64,000 bases of DNA from an uncultured Ruminococcus sp. GTDB taxonomy: Bacteria > Bacillota > Clostridia > Oscillospirales > Acutalibacteraceae. The first letter of the stretch is position 1; the number at the start of each line of letters is the position of its first letter. Below are positions 18,964 to 27,580 of the stretch, piece after piece. The translations under genes were made by a program, and so were the position numbers. Below the pieces are notes generated by a model. It had not been told where the DNA came from. It was given only the letters and a program-made list of their open reading frames with translations, and did not search any database. The stretch lies in assembly GCA_902762615.1 (NCBI GenBank), contig CACWOX010000002.1:92163-156162 (forward strand), written 5' to 3'.

Positions 18964-20154
18964 TTGAACGAAATCATTCTTATCAAAAACGGCGAGCTTG
19001 CGCTCAAAGGTCTCAATCGCAGGAGCTTTGAGGAAACTCTCGTAAAAAACATACAAAAGGCTGCCGCACCGTTCGGCGGCGTTAAGGTCTGGCGTTCCCA
19101 GTCGACCATGTTTGTCACTCCGCTCGAAGGCACCGACATTGAGGATGCTGTGGAGGCAATTTCAAAGGTATTCGGCATTGCCGCACTCAGCCGCGCCGCC
19201 GAGGTACCAAAGGATATGGACGCCATTCTTCCGGCTGTGTGCGAATATCTCAGTGAGGAATTGCAGGACGCCAAGACCTTCAAGGTCAACGCAAAACGCG
19301 CCGACAAGAAATTTCCGCTCAAAAGCCCCGATATCTGCGCTCAGACAGGCGAATATTTACTCCAAAGATTCCCGCATCTGACCGTAGATGTACACGAGCC
19401 CGATCTGGTGGTTACGGTGGAGATAAGAGACACCTCCGCCTACATCCACAAACAGCCCATCAAGGGAGCCGGAGGGCTTCCGGTCGGCACAGGCGGCAGG
19501 GCATGCGTGATGATTTCCGGCGGCATAGATTCGCCCGTTGCCTCGTGGATGATGGCAAAGCGCGGTCTGGAGCTGTCAGCTGTCAATTTTGCCTCTCCCC
19601 CCTACACCAGTATGCGCGCTGAGGAAAAGGTCAAAGATCTTTTGGGCAAGGTGGCACAATGGTCGGGAGAGATAAAACTGCATATCGTGCCCTTCACAGA
19701 AATCCAGGAAGCAATAAGGGATTACTGCCCGGAGGATATGCTGACAATCATCATGCGCAGGTATATGATCAAAATTGCCCAGATGATTGCACGCAAGGAC
19801 GGTGCGCTTGCTCTGATCAGCGGAGAAAGCGTCGGTCAGGTGGCGAGCCAGACACTGCGTGCGCTGGAATGCACCGACGCCGCGGCAGATATGCCGATTT
19901 TACGCCCTGTTATCGGAATGGACAAGGAAGAGATCGTTTCCATCGCCCGCAAAATCGACACCTTTGAAATCTCTATTCTTCCCTTTGAGGACTGTTGCAC
20001 GGTATTCACGCCCAAGCATCCCAAGACCAAGCCTATACTCGAAAAGATTCTGGAAGCGGAAAAGGCACTGGAAGCCGATGAGATCAATGTGGCAGCTATG
20101 ATAGAGCATGCGGTAAACGACACCGTGTCAACAGTAATCACGCCAGACAGATGA
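18964..20154 (+). CDS. thiI: tRNA uracil 4-sulfurtransferase ThiI
   Basis: THUMP-type N-terminal domain, PP-loop ISGGIDSPVASWM, then GESVGQVASQT. TTG 18964 lies 7 nt after AGGAGGA. Confidence 0.9.
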   Translation: MNEIILIKNGELALKGLNRRSFEETLVKNIQKAAAPFGGVKVWRSQSTMFVTPLEGTDIEDAVEAISKVFGIAALSRAAEVPKDMDAILPAVCEYLSEELQDAKTFKVNAKRADKKFPLKSPDICAQTGEYLLQRFPHLTVDVHEPDLVVTVEIRDTSAYIHKQPIKGAGGLPVGTGGRACVMISGGIDSPVASWMMAKRGLELSAVNFASPPYTSMRAEEKVKDLLGKVAQWSGEIKLHIVPFTEIQEAIRDYCPEDMLTIIMRRYMIKIAQMIARKDGALALISGESVGQVASQTLRALECTDAAADMPILRPVIGMDKEEIVSIARKIDTFEISILPFEDCCTVFTPKHPKTKPILEKILEAEKALEADEINVAAMIEHAVNDTVSTVITPDR

Positions 20155-20171
20155 GGAGGTTATGAATAGGC

Positions 20172-20675
20172 ATGACCCAATTTGAAATATCTGCCGCACT
20201 GGTAGCGGCATTGAAAGAACGAGGCATGAAGATAGCTTCTGTGGAATCATGCACGGCGGGTCTGATCTCCAAAATCATTACCGACGCGCCGGGTTCCTCC
20301 GATGTGTTTGACTTAGGAATAACCACCTATTCCAACGAAATGAAAACCAGAATGGTGGGCGTTCCGGAAGAAATTCTCGCCGCTCACGGAGCAGTATCTC
20401 CCGAAACGGCACGCGCCATGGCGGAAGGCATTCGCAGGGTAGCAGGCGCGGATATTGGCGTTGCAACCACAGGCATTGCCGGTCCCGGCGGCGGCAGCCC
20501 CGAAAAGCCTGTCGGACTGGTCTATACGGCTATTGCCACAAAGGAAGGCACTGAGGTCACGCGTTTGATGATAGACGAACCGGGAGCCGACAGGAACTAC
20601 ATTAGAAACACCGCCGCCGAAATTGTCATTCTCAATGTGCTTGCTCAGCTTAACGGCAATGAATCATCAATATAA
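20172..20675 (+). CDS. pncC: CinA C-terminal domain protein / nicotinamide-nucleotide amidohydrolase PncC
   Basis: 167 aa with motifs SVESCTAGL, TTYSNEMK and TGIAGPGGG. It is stand-alone, with no MoCF-binding N-domain. Confidence 0.85.
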   Translation: MTQFEISAALVAALKERGMKIASVESCTAGLISKIITDAPGSSDVFDLGITTYSNEMKTRMVGVPEEILAAHGAVSPETARAMAEGIRRVAGADIGVATTGIAGPGGGSPEKPVGLVYTAIATKEGTEVTRLMIDEPGADRNYIRNTAAEIVILNVLAQLNGNESSI

Positions 20676-20693
20676 CAGGAGGGTGGAATTATT

Positions 20694-21635
20694 ATGGCAA
20701 GAAGGAACGATGAATACGATCTTTATTTGATAGAAGAAGAGCGTAATGCAGCCGCCAAGAGAAAGAAAAAGAAAAAAATGGATCCTGTCAGCAGAGTAAT
20801 CCTCTTCATTTCGGTCATCGTATTTTTAGGGTCGGGCGGATATCTGGTTTATAAATACTTCGGTGAACCATTTCTGGAACAGTTAGAGCTTGCCTCATAC
20901 AAAAAAGATTACAACAGCGAGGATCCCTCAACTGCCGAGGATGGCGTCTGGAATAATAAAGATGATAATAAAGAAGAAGAAAGGCTCGAAGACGGCACAC
21001 TTGCCTCCTTCAAAACCATTCGGGAGCTTAACAGCGACGTGGTCGGCTGGATTAACGTATCCAACACTCTGATCGACTACCCTGTAGTGCAGACAAAAGA
21101 TAACAGCTATTATCTCAGACACAATATCAATAAGGAATACAACTACTCCGGCTGTCCCTTTTTGGACTACAGAAACGACATCAAGCCTGATTCCAAAACA
21201 AGAAGCTTTATCATCTACGGACATCACCGCCGCAACGGAACCATGTTTGCTCAGCTGAAAAAATACAATGAGGTTGATTTTTACAAGGAAAACCCTGTTA
21301 TTCGCTTCGACAGCATTTATGAACGTTCCGAATGGATTATATTCTCCAATTTCCGAGCCACCACATCATGGGCAACCGGCACGCCATTCAACTATATTCA
21401 GACCGAATTCAAGGATGACGCGGAGTTTCTGAAATTCGTCGAAGAATTGAAAAAACGTTCGCTGATCACAACGCCTGTTGACGTTAAGGCAGACGATAAG
21501 ATACTGCTGCTGTCAACCTGTTCCTACGAAAAAAACAACTGGCGCATGATTATTGCCGCACGCCGTGTACGAGACGGCGAAAGCACGGTTGACGTCAGCT
21601 CGGCGGTCAAAGCCTCCAATCCCCTCATGCCCTGA
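20694..21635 (+). CDS. srtB: Class B sortase
   Basis: N-terminal TM, VVGWINVSNTLIDYPVVQTKDNSYYLRH, IIYGHH (His), LLLSTCSYE (Cys) and a C-terminal Arg (AARRVRDGE). Confidence 0.85.
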   Translation: MARRNDEYDLYLIEEERNAAAKRKKKKKMDPVSRVILFISVIVFLGSGGYLVYKYFGEPFLEQLELASYKKDYNSEDPSTAEDGVWNNKDDNKEEERLEDGTLASFKTIRELNSDVVGWINVSNTLIDYPVVQTKDNSYYLRHNINKEYNYSGCPFLDYRNDIKPDSKTRSFIIYGHHRRNGTMFAQLKKYNEVDFYKENPVIRFDSIYERSEWIIFSNFRATTSWATGTPFNYIQTEFKDDAEFLKFVEELKKRSLITTPVDVKADDKILLLSTCSYEKNNWRMIIAARRVRDGESTVDVSSAVKASNPLMP

Positions 21636-21651
21636 GCAAGGCGGTGAAGCA

Positions 21652-22347
21652 ATGTCAGCCGGAATCATCTGGTACAAGACGCAGCCGGACAGCAAAAGAT
21701 CTGCTGCGGTAAGCGACCTGTTGACCGATTACTGCGGGAATATCAAAAGTCACGATGTAACTGTTCATCCCGAGCGAATCGCTCCTCTGATAAGCAATAT
21801 CCTCTCACGCTGTGATAACGTAATCATTATAGGCGGTGCCGAATGCAGGCAACCGGAGGAAAACATTGTTTTTATCCTCTCCCGCGCTTTGAACATACCT
21901 CTCGAGACAAAATACAGAAGCCGCTCCCGCTTTTGCTTTGACAGGCTGAGAAATACTCGCCTGCCGTCACTTGCCGGATCTGTTCTTTTTCCCTCACGCG
22001 CGGGATACGTTGAGGGAATACTGCTCACGGCAGGCAATCAGAATATCATAGTGCTTCCGGCAAATTACCAACTCGCCGTTCAGGCGGCAGTCGGAATGAG
22101 AGAGTATTTCATTCCGGAGGTGACACGCCGCCGGCGCGCTGAAGCAGTAAGGATTACCCCCGAAGTAAAGCAAAAGGACTATGAAAAATTCAAAAGAAGT
22201 CAAAAGGCTGCGCCGGTCACCCGTGAATACAATGAATACCAGCTGATTGAAACCATGGAACGCGCTTCCCGGCGTGCATCGGAAGATTCAGCCCACGACA
22301 CCGCTTTCGATTACATGTACGACGACCAAAACCGCGGAGGTTCATAA
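21652..22347 (+). CDS. Hypothetical protein with a degenerate CinA-N / MoCF-binding-like domain
   Basis: ATG 21652 follows AAGGCGGTG. NVIIIGGAECRQPEENIVFILSRALNIPL and NIIVLPANYQLAVQAAV resemble the TTGGLGPTxDDLT and LPGvPxEm blocks of CinA N-domains, but with key residues changed. The C-terminal tail is charged. Confidence 0.45.
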   Translation: MSAGIIWYKTQPDSKRSAAVSDLLTDYCGNIKSHDVTVHPERIAPLISNILSRCDNVIIIGGAECRQPEENIVFILSRALNIPLETKYRSRSRFCFDRLRNTRLPSLAGSVLFPSRAGYVEGILLTAGNQNIIVLPANYQLAVQAAVGMREYFIPEVTRRRRAEAVRITPEVKQKDYEKFKRSQKAAPVTREYNEYQLIETMERASRRASEDSAHDTAFDYMYDDQNRGGS

Positions 22348-22465
22348 TCAATCAGCATTTTTCATTGAATTCATATTTAAGAAATTAATTATTTAAATTC
22401 AGTACAAATATTTTTGATAAAATAATTTATCATAATGGAAATGCATATACAGAGGTGATATATTT

Positions 22466-22567
22466 ATGTATGACAAGCAGAAAACCTGGGTCAGAGTAAT
22501 GGCAATTATCCTCGCCGGCATGATGGTAATTGGAATTCTTGCAAGCGCACTCTACAGCATATTCTGA
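22466..22567 (+). CDS. Possible 33-aa small membrane protein
   Basis: MYDKQKTWVRVMAIILAGMMVIGILASALYSIF. SD GAGGTG lies 8 nt upstream of the ATG. One TM helix follows a short polar/basic N-terminus. It falls below the ORF-track length cut-off. Confidence 0.35.
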   Translation: MYDKQKTWVRVMAIILAGMMVIGILASALYSIF

Positions 22568-22767
22568 TGCTTCTGGTTTTAGCCCGGATATTTTATCCGT
22601 TTTTGGATATTTCATAACAGCAATTGTAAAATTACAGTGAACATTTTGTGAATTTATTTGTCAGCACTGGAAAATTGACATTTTATTAAGTATAATGTAC
22701 CTTAGTACTTGAGTGTACTGATTGAAAATCTTTGTATTAATTTATTTATTTTCAGGTGGTGCTATTT

Positions 22768-23175
22768 ATGTTGTTAAATCAAAGATTAAAGCATTTTAGG
22801 ACAAGCTCCGGATTAACTCAGCAGCAGGTGGCGGATGTATTGGGTCTTGACCGCTCTACTTATGCTTACTATGAGTCCGGCAAAACTACTCCTGACATCA
22901 AGTCGGTGAACAAGCTCCTCAAAATTTTCAACATCAGCTATTATGAGCTCATGGATGAAGCTGATCCCACAACTCTTTCCGTCAGTGATTCCGATGTACA
23001 GGATGATGACGAGGATAAGCTTCACATCTACGATCTTTCAAAGCCGGAGAAGAGACTTGTCATATATTTCAGAGTGCTCTCTCCCAACCAGCAGAAGGAT
23101 TTGCTCAAGTCCATCAGCCCCGAAGCATTTGAGGGTCGCAAAAAGCGTCGCAAGGCTTCCGAAGAAGAAGACTGA
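22768..23175 (+). CDS. XRE family HTH transcriptional regulator with an acidic/basic C-terminal tail
   Basis: LKHFRTSSGLTQQQVADVLGLDRSTYAYYESGKTTPD is an HTH_3 motif. ATG 22768 follows AGGTGGTG. Confidence 0.85.
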   Translation: MLLNQRLKHFRTSSGLTQQQVADVLGLDRSTYAYYESGKTTPDIKSVNKLLKIFNISYYELMDEADPTTLSVSDSDVQDDDEDKLHIYDLSKPEKRLVIYFRVLSPNQQKDLLKSISPEAFEGRKKRRKASEEED

Positions 23176-23247
23176 TTTGTCGTTGATTCGTTTTCTTAAC
23201 GAATCAGCACTTTCATGATCATTGGCAAACACAAATTCATAATAAAA

Positions 23248-23287
23248 AGCGGATGGAGGTTGAATTCCACCCGCTTTTTATTTTTTT
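23248..23287. terminator. Rho-independent terminator between convergent XRE and Gx-transporter genes
   Basis: Stem AGCGGATGGA / TCCACCCGCT (one mismatch), flanked by A5 upstream and T-runs downstream. Confidence 0.7.
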
Positions 23288-23297
23288 AATGAGGGAT

Positions 23298-23759
23298 TTA
23301 CACGATTCCCTCTGCTGCAATGTATTTTTTCAAGCTGCCAGCAGCCAGGTTTACCACCAATCCGTTGACAAAACCCGTTGCTGTACCCACTGCCATAAGT
23401 GCGGGAAGAAGCAGTAAAACCTCAGAAGTCCATGTGACGCACGCAGCGACCGCTACCTGTGCTATCATATGCGCTACTCCTCCGGCACAGCTTATTCCGG
23501 CAGCCGATAGGGATTTGCAGCGACGGACAATCATCATGACGATCAGGCTTGCCGTTCCGCCCGCGATGGAATAGGCTAATCCTCCGATGCCGGAGAAAAG
23601 CATTGCCGTCATGGTGACCTTGGTTATCATTATCCCGGCAGCCAGTCCGTCCGACTTGAGCAATACAAGTGCAGCCAATACCGCAATGTTGCCCAGTCCC
23701 AGCTTAATGCCGACAATCGGAGGCACTATGGGGACGAGATATTCCACATACCCCAGCAA
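23298..23759 (-). CDS. Gx transporter family membrane protein (heptaprenyl diphosphate synthase component I-like)
   Basis: GYVEYLVPIVPPIVGIKLGLGNIAVLAALVLL is typical of the family. The homologous N-terminus appears to continue upstream of the first canonical start (see finding at 23760..23830), so the real start may be at 23816. Confidence 0.7.
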   Translation of the reverse strand: MLGYVEYLVPIVPPIVGIKLGLGNIAVLAALVLLKSDGLAAGIMITKVTMTAMLFSGIGGLAYSIAGGTASLIVMMIVRRCKSLSAAGISCAGGVAHMIAQVAVAACVTWTSEVLLLLPALMAVGTATGFVNGLVVNLAAGSLKKYIAAEGIV

Positions 23760-23885
23760 TATAGCAAGCGCTGCAAGCAGTGCAGCGGCAGCGGTTTTTT
23801 TGGTTTTGCTCTCTATATGTCACTCCCCCTTTGACTATTATTGTAAAATATTTCACGCAAAATTGCAACACCCGAGGCGATTTAT

Positions 23886-24881
23886 TTGAAGATTTTTGAT
23901 TTACATAGTAAGAAGCTCTTGCTTGGTTCAGCTATTGTACTGTTATTGCTTTTATCCTTTATCACATTTATTATTTCACACTCTGAAAAAGAACCGATAT
24001 CCGAAACCCGTTTTATGCTGGACACGATATGCACCCTGACCCTGCACGATTGGCAGGGCGATGGCAGTGAGATCATAGACGGCGCCTTCGGAATCTGTAA
24101 AAAATACGATCATCTGCTCAGCACAACTGTAAGCGGCAGCGATATTTACAACATTAATCACAGCGAAGGCAAGCCGGTGAAAGTTGCCGAGGAAACGGCG
24201 GCGCTTCTCAGACGCACTCTGGAATACTGTGAGATGAGCGAAGGCGAATTCGACATAACCATATACCCCGCAAAGTCCCTGTGGGATTTCAGCGGGGATA
24301 ACGCTAATCTTCCGGACCAGAAGGAACTTGCTAAAGCTGCATCAAAGGTCGATTACACAAAAGTAAATATTAATGGGAGGACCGTAACCGTTCCAAAAGG
24401 AATGGGAATAGATCTCGGTGCGGTAGCAAAGGGATTCATAGCCGACCGCGTTGCCGAATACCTTAAAGCTCATAAAGTTACCTCCGCCATCATTGACCTC
24501 GGAGGCAACGTTTATGTGCTTGGCAGCAAGCCTGACGGAACCAACTGGCGAGTCGGCATCAGAATGCCATTTGCCAATGAAGAAGCCGATGTTGTAGAAA
24601 CGTCCAACGCGTCGGTCGTCACATCCGGCGTATATCAACGATACTTCGAGCACGACGGAAGAATATATCACCATATTCTCCGTTCGTCAGACGGAATGCC
24701 CTGCGAAACAGGCCTGTATTCGGTTACTATTATATCAAAAAGCTCGGAACAATGCGACGCTCTCTCCACAGTATGCATGCTGCTCGGATACGAAAAATCT
24801 GTGTCCATGCTCTGCGGTTTTTCCGACGTCCGTGCTGTATTCATAACGTCAGAAAACCAGCTCTTATACTACACTCCATAA
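23886..24881 (+). CDS. apbE: FAD:protein FMN transferase (ApbE family), probably secreted or lipid-anchored
   Basis: N-terminal TM/signal sequence, FDITIYP, GIDLGAVAKGF, IIDLGGN and HHIL motifs. TTG start follows GAGG. Confidence 0.88.
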   Translation: MKIFDLHSKKLLLGSAIVLLLLLSFITFIISHSEKEPISETRFMLDTICTLTLHDWQGDGSEIIDGAFGICKKYDHLLSTTVSGSDIYNINHSEGKPVKVAEETAALLRRTLEYCEMSEGEFDITIYPAKSLWDFSGDNANLPDQKELAKAASKVDYTKVNINGRTVTVPKGMGIDLGAVAKGFIADRVAEYLKAHKVTSAIIDLGGNVYVLGSKPDGTNWRVGIRMPFANEEADVVETSNASVVTSGVYQRYFEHDGRIYHHILRSSDGMPCETGLYSVTIISKSSEQCDALSTVCMLLGYEKSVSMLCGFSDVRAVFITSENQLLYYTP

Positions 24882-24887
24882 TGCCAA

Positions 24888-24922
24888 AATCCGCAGAAAT
24901 CGACCACCGATAACTGCGGATT
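24888..24922. terminator. Bidirectional terminator between convergent apbE and XRE genes
   Basis: 9-bp stem AATCCGCAG / CTGCGGATT. On the minus strand it is followed by TTTTGG. Confidence 0.6.
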
Positions 24923-24984
24923 AACATTATGCTATATTAACTATATAATCTGACAAAACAGCGTAAACCGTTCCCCGAAAAGGA

Positions 24985-25263
24985 TCAGCATGCATCCTGT
25001 ACTTCCTCTTCAACATCAGACTGATCTATCACATAAAGCTCATTAATAGGTATACCAAGCACCTCAGCAAAAATCTGAACCTCATAATCGTAAACAGAAC
25101 GAAGCTGATTTTCGATCTTACTGATGGTCGCAACCGAACGTTTTACGCCCTTCTCCTTGCAGAGCTTGCTGAACTCGGTCTGAGAAATATTCTTCCCGTT
25201 TCTAAGGCTTTTGAGCTTTGGTCCCACAACATTCAATACACCGCACCCATCCTTGTAGTACAT
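24985..25263 (-). CDS. XRE family HTH transcriptional regulator (92 aa)
   Basis: LKSLRNGKNISQTEFSKLCKEKGVKRSVATISKIENQ is an HTH_3 motif. Confidence 0.85.
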   Translation of the reverse strand: MYYKDGCGVLNVVGPKLKSLRNGKNISQTEFSKLCKEKGVKRSVATISKIENQLRSVYDYEVQIFAEVLGIPINELYVIDQSDVEEEVQDAC

Positions 25264-25353
25264 AAAAAACCGTCCTTTCTTTAGTAAGTGATAGAGGATG
25301 AAAAAACGAAAAAATCTGATGATGCAATCACATGATAATTAACTTGCATGATT

Positions 25354-25379
25354 TTTACAAAACAGAAAATTTTTGTAAA
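25354..25379. promoter_or_regulatory. Perfect 9-bp inverted repeat, a candidate operator
   Basis: TTTACAAAA, 8-nt spacer, TTTTGTAAA, about 90 nt upstream of the XRE gene at 24985..25263. Confidence 0.3.
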
Positions 25380-25593
25380 TCTAAACTATCATTTGTTTTA
25401 ATTCTAACATTTTTCTCGGAATAAGTCAATAGGTATATTAAAAAAAAGATGCTTTTGCTGCTACATTAATAAAATTAATAAACAATTATTTATATCTTAA
25501 AAATATCATCACATAGTTATCATATGTAATTTTATAAATCATCGCATCTCATTATTATTGGTTTAAATCATGAACGCTCTACAGAAAAAAATC

Positions 25594-25622
25594 TTGATTA
25601 TGCAAAGCGGATTTGTTATAAT
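25594..25622 (+). promoter_or_regulatory. Sigma-A-type promoter for the ABC-F gene
   Basis: TTGATT, 17-nt spacer, TGtTATAAT. This leaves only a leader of about 27 nt before the SD AAGAGGGGA. Confidence 0.65.
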
Positions 25623-25655
25623 GTTATTTAGTATTTTTTCAAAGAGGGGATCACA

Positions 25656-27563
25656 ATGACGCTGATGAATGCTGCCGGACTTGAGCTTTCCTTCGGCACG
25701 CACACTGTATTCGGAGACGTTAATTTTCTTATAGATGAACGTGACCATGTAGGGCTTGTGGGTGTGAACGGCTGCGGCAAGACCAGCCTGTTCAAGGTTC
25801 TGACAGGTCAATACTCCCCTGACACGGGTTCCTTCGGCAAAAGCAAGCTTGCCCGCGTGGGATACGTTGAGCAGTTCGCTATCAATAGCAGCCGAACGGT
25901 GCTCGATGAGCTGCTGACGGTATTCGACGACTTAAAGGAAATAGACCGCAGGCTTGGCGAGTTAAGCGAGCTGATTTCAAAAAATGCCGGAGATATGGAG
26001 GCGCTGATAGACGAACAGCACAGGCTCACCGAGGAATACAACGACCGCGGAGGTCTCACCTACCGAAGCCGCGCACATTCCGCACTTCTTGGGCTTGGAT
26101 TCACTGAACAACAGCTTTCACAGGGCATTTACACACTCAGCGGCGGTCAGCGCTCAAAGGTGCAGCTCTGCAAAATGCTGCTGTCAGGAGCGAACCTTCT
26201 GCTGCTCGACGAACCGACCAACCATCTTGACATCGCCTCGGTGGAATGGCTGGAAGACTTTTTGCGGTCATTCAGGGGCGCTTACATCGTTATTTCCCAC
26301 GACCGATACTTTTTGGACCGCGTGACCAACAAGACATTTGAACTGGAAAACGGCAAGCTGACCATATACGGAGGCAATTACAGCCATTACATCGACAAAA
26401 AGGCCGAGAACCGCGAAATCGCCATTCGCCACTTCGAGAATACCCAGCGCGAAATCAAGCGAATCGAAGGCATTGTGGAGCAGCAGCGCCGCTGGAACCG
26501 CGAGAAGAATATTCGCACTGCCGAGAGCAAGCTCAAGCAGATTGAACGCTTGAAAAAGACACTTGTCGCTGTGGACAGGCTGCCGGAGGAATTCAGCTTC
26601 AGCTTCCCGGTGAAAAACGAAAGCGGCAACGATGTGCTCAAAGGCACCGACCTTTCCTTTGCATACGGCGCAAAGGAAATCTTCCGCGACGTAAACATCG
26701 ACATCAAAAAAGGCGAACGCGTTTTTCTGCTGGGACCGAACGGCTGCGGCAAGACAACGCTTTTCAAAATGCTCTGCTCACGTTTAGGCGGTACAAAAGG
26801 ATATGTCTCACTCGGCTCCAATGTGGACATCGGCTACTACGACCAGACGCAGGAGTCGCTGCACAACGGCAAAAACGTGCTCTGCGAGGTATGGGACGAA
26901 TACCCCCGCATGACCGAAACCGAGGTGCGTTCCTCCCTCGCAGCATTTCTCTTCAAGGGGGACGATGTATTCAAGAGCATCGGAGACCTCAGCGGCGGCG
27001 AAAGAGCAAGGGTGGCAATTCTCAAACTGATGCTCTCGCGCTGTAATCTGCTGCTGCTCGACGAGCCCACCAACCATCTGGATATCATCTCGCGCGAGGC
27101 TCTGGAAATGGCGCTGACCTGCTATGAGGGAACGATATTCATGGTGTCGCACGACAGATATTTTATCAATCGCCTTGCCGACCGCATTTATTATATGGAA
27201 AACGGCTCTGTAACCGAGTACATCGGCAATTACGACGACTTTACCGCACACAGGGCGGTTCATGCTCAGACGCAGAATGATGCCTCTCCTGCCGCTGTCA
27301 ACGTGGAAAAGGAAAAGCGCGTCAATGATTACAAGCAGCGCAAGGAGGCAGCTGCCGCGGAACGCAAGAGGCTCAAACAGATAGAAAATTCCGAGAGCGA
27401 AATAGAACGCCTTGAAGCCGAGTTGGCAGAGCTAAACGAGCGCATGACACTTCCCGAAATCAGCTCGGATTACGGCAAAATCATGGAGCTGACAAAGCAG
27501 GCTGCCGAAATGCAGGAGAAAATCGACGGGCTATATGCATTGCTCGACGAATTGTATAATTAA
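25656..27563 (+). CDS. ABC-F family ATPase (two NBDs, no TMD; Uup/YdiF-like translation factor)
   Basis: Two Walker A motifs (GVNGCGKTS, GPNGCGKTT), two signature motifs (LSGGQRSKV, LSGGERARV), an inter-domain linker and a C-terminal coiled coil. Confidence 0.9.
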   Translation: MTLMNAAGLELSFGTHTVFGDVNFLIDERDHVGLVGVNGCGKTSLFKVLTGQYSPDTGSFGKSKLARVGYVEQFAINSSRTVLDELLTVFDDLKEIDRRLGELSELISKNAGDMEALIDEQHRLTEEYNDRGGLTYRSRAHSALLGLGFTEQQLSQGIYTLSGGQRSKVQLCKMLLSGANLLLLDEPTNHLDIASVEWLEDFLRSFRGAYIVISHDRYFLDRVTNKTFELENGKLTIYGGNYSHYIDKKAENREIAIRHFENTQREIKRIEGIVEQQRRWNREKNIRTAESKLKQIERLKKTLVAVDRLPEEFSFSFPVKNESGNDVLKGTDLSFAYGAKEIFRDVNIDIKKGERVFLLGPNGCGKTTLFKMLCSRLGGTKGYVSLGSNVDIGYYDQTQESLHNGKNVLCEVWDEYPRMTETEVRSSLAAFLFKGDDVFKSIGDLSGGERARVAILKLMLSRCNLLLLDEPTNHLDIISREALEMALTCYEGTIFMVSHDRYFINRLADRIYYMENGSVTEYIGNYDDFTAHRAVHAQTQNDASPAAVNVEKEKRVNDYKQRKEAAAAERKRLKQIENSESEIERLEAELAELNERMTLPEISSDYGKIMELTKQAAEMQEKIDGLYALLDELYN

Positions 27564-27580
27564 AACACACGAAATGAGGT

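Noticed and set aside
22430-22615. 61-aa minus-strand ORF from the track, in the gap upstream of the XRE gene.
   Set aside because: It has no SD and unremarkable composition. It overlaps the better-supported plus-strand 33-codon ORF (22466..22567), which has a well-spaced GAGGTG.
25656-27563. ABC-F as an antibiotic-resistance (ARE) gene with a leader-peptide attenuator.
   Set aside because: The promoter I can identify leaves a leader of only about 27 nt, with no upstream small ORF or terminator hairpin. The 14-codon ORF at about 25295 lies upstream of the promoter and its SD abuts its ATG. The long C-terminal coiled coil fits housekeeping Uup/YdiF-like ABC-F proteins better.
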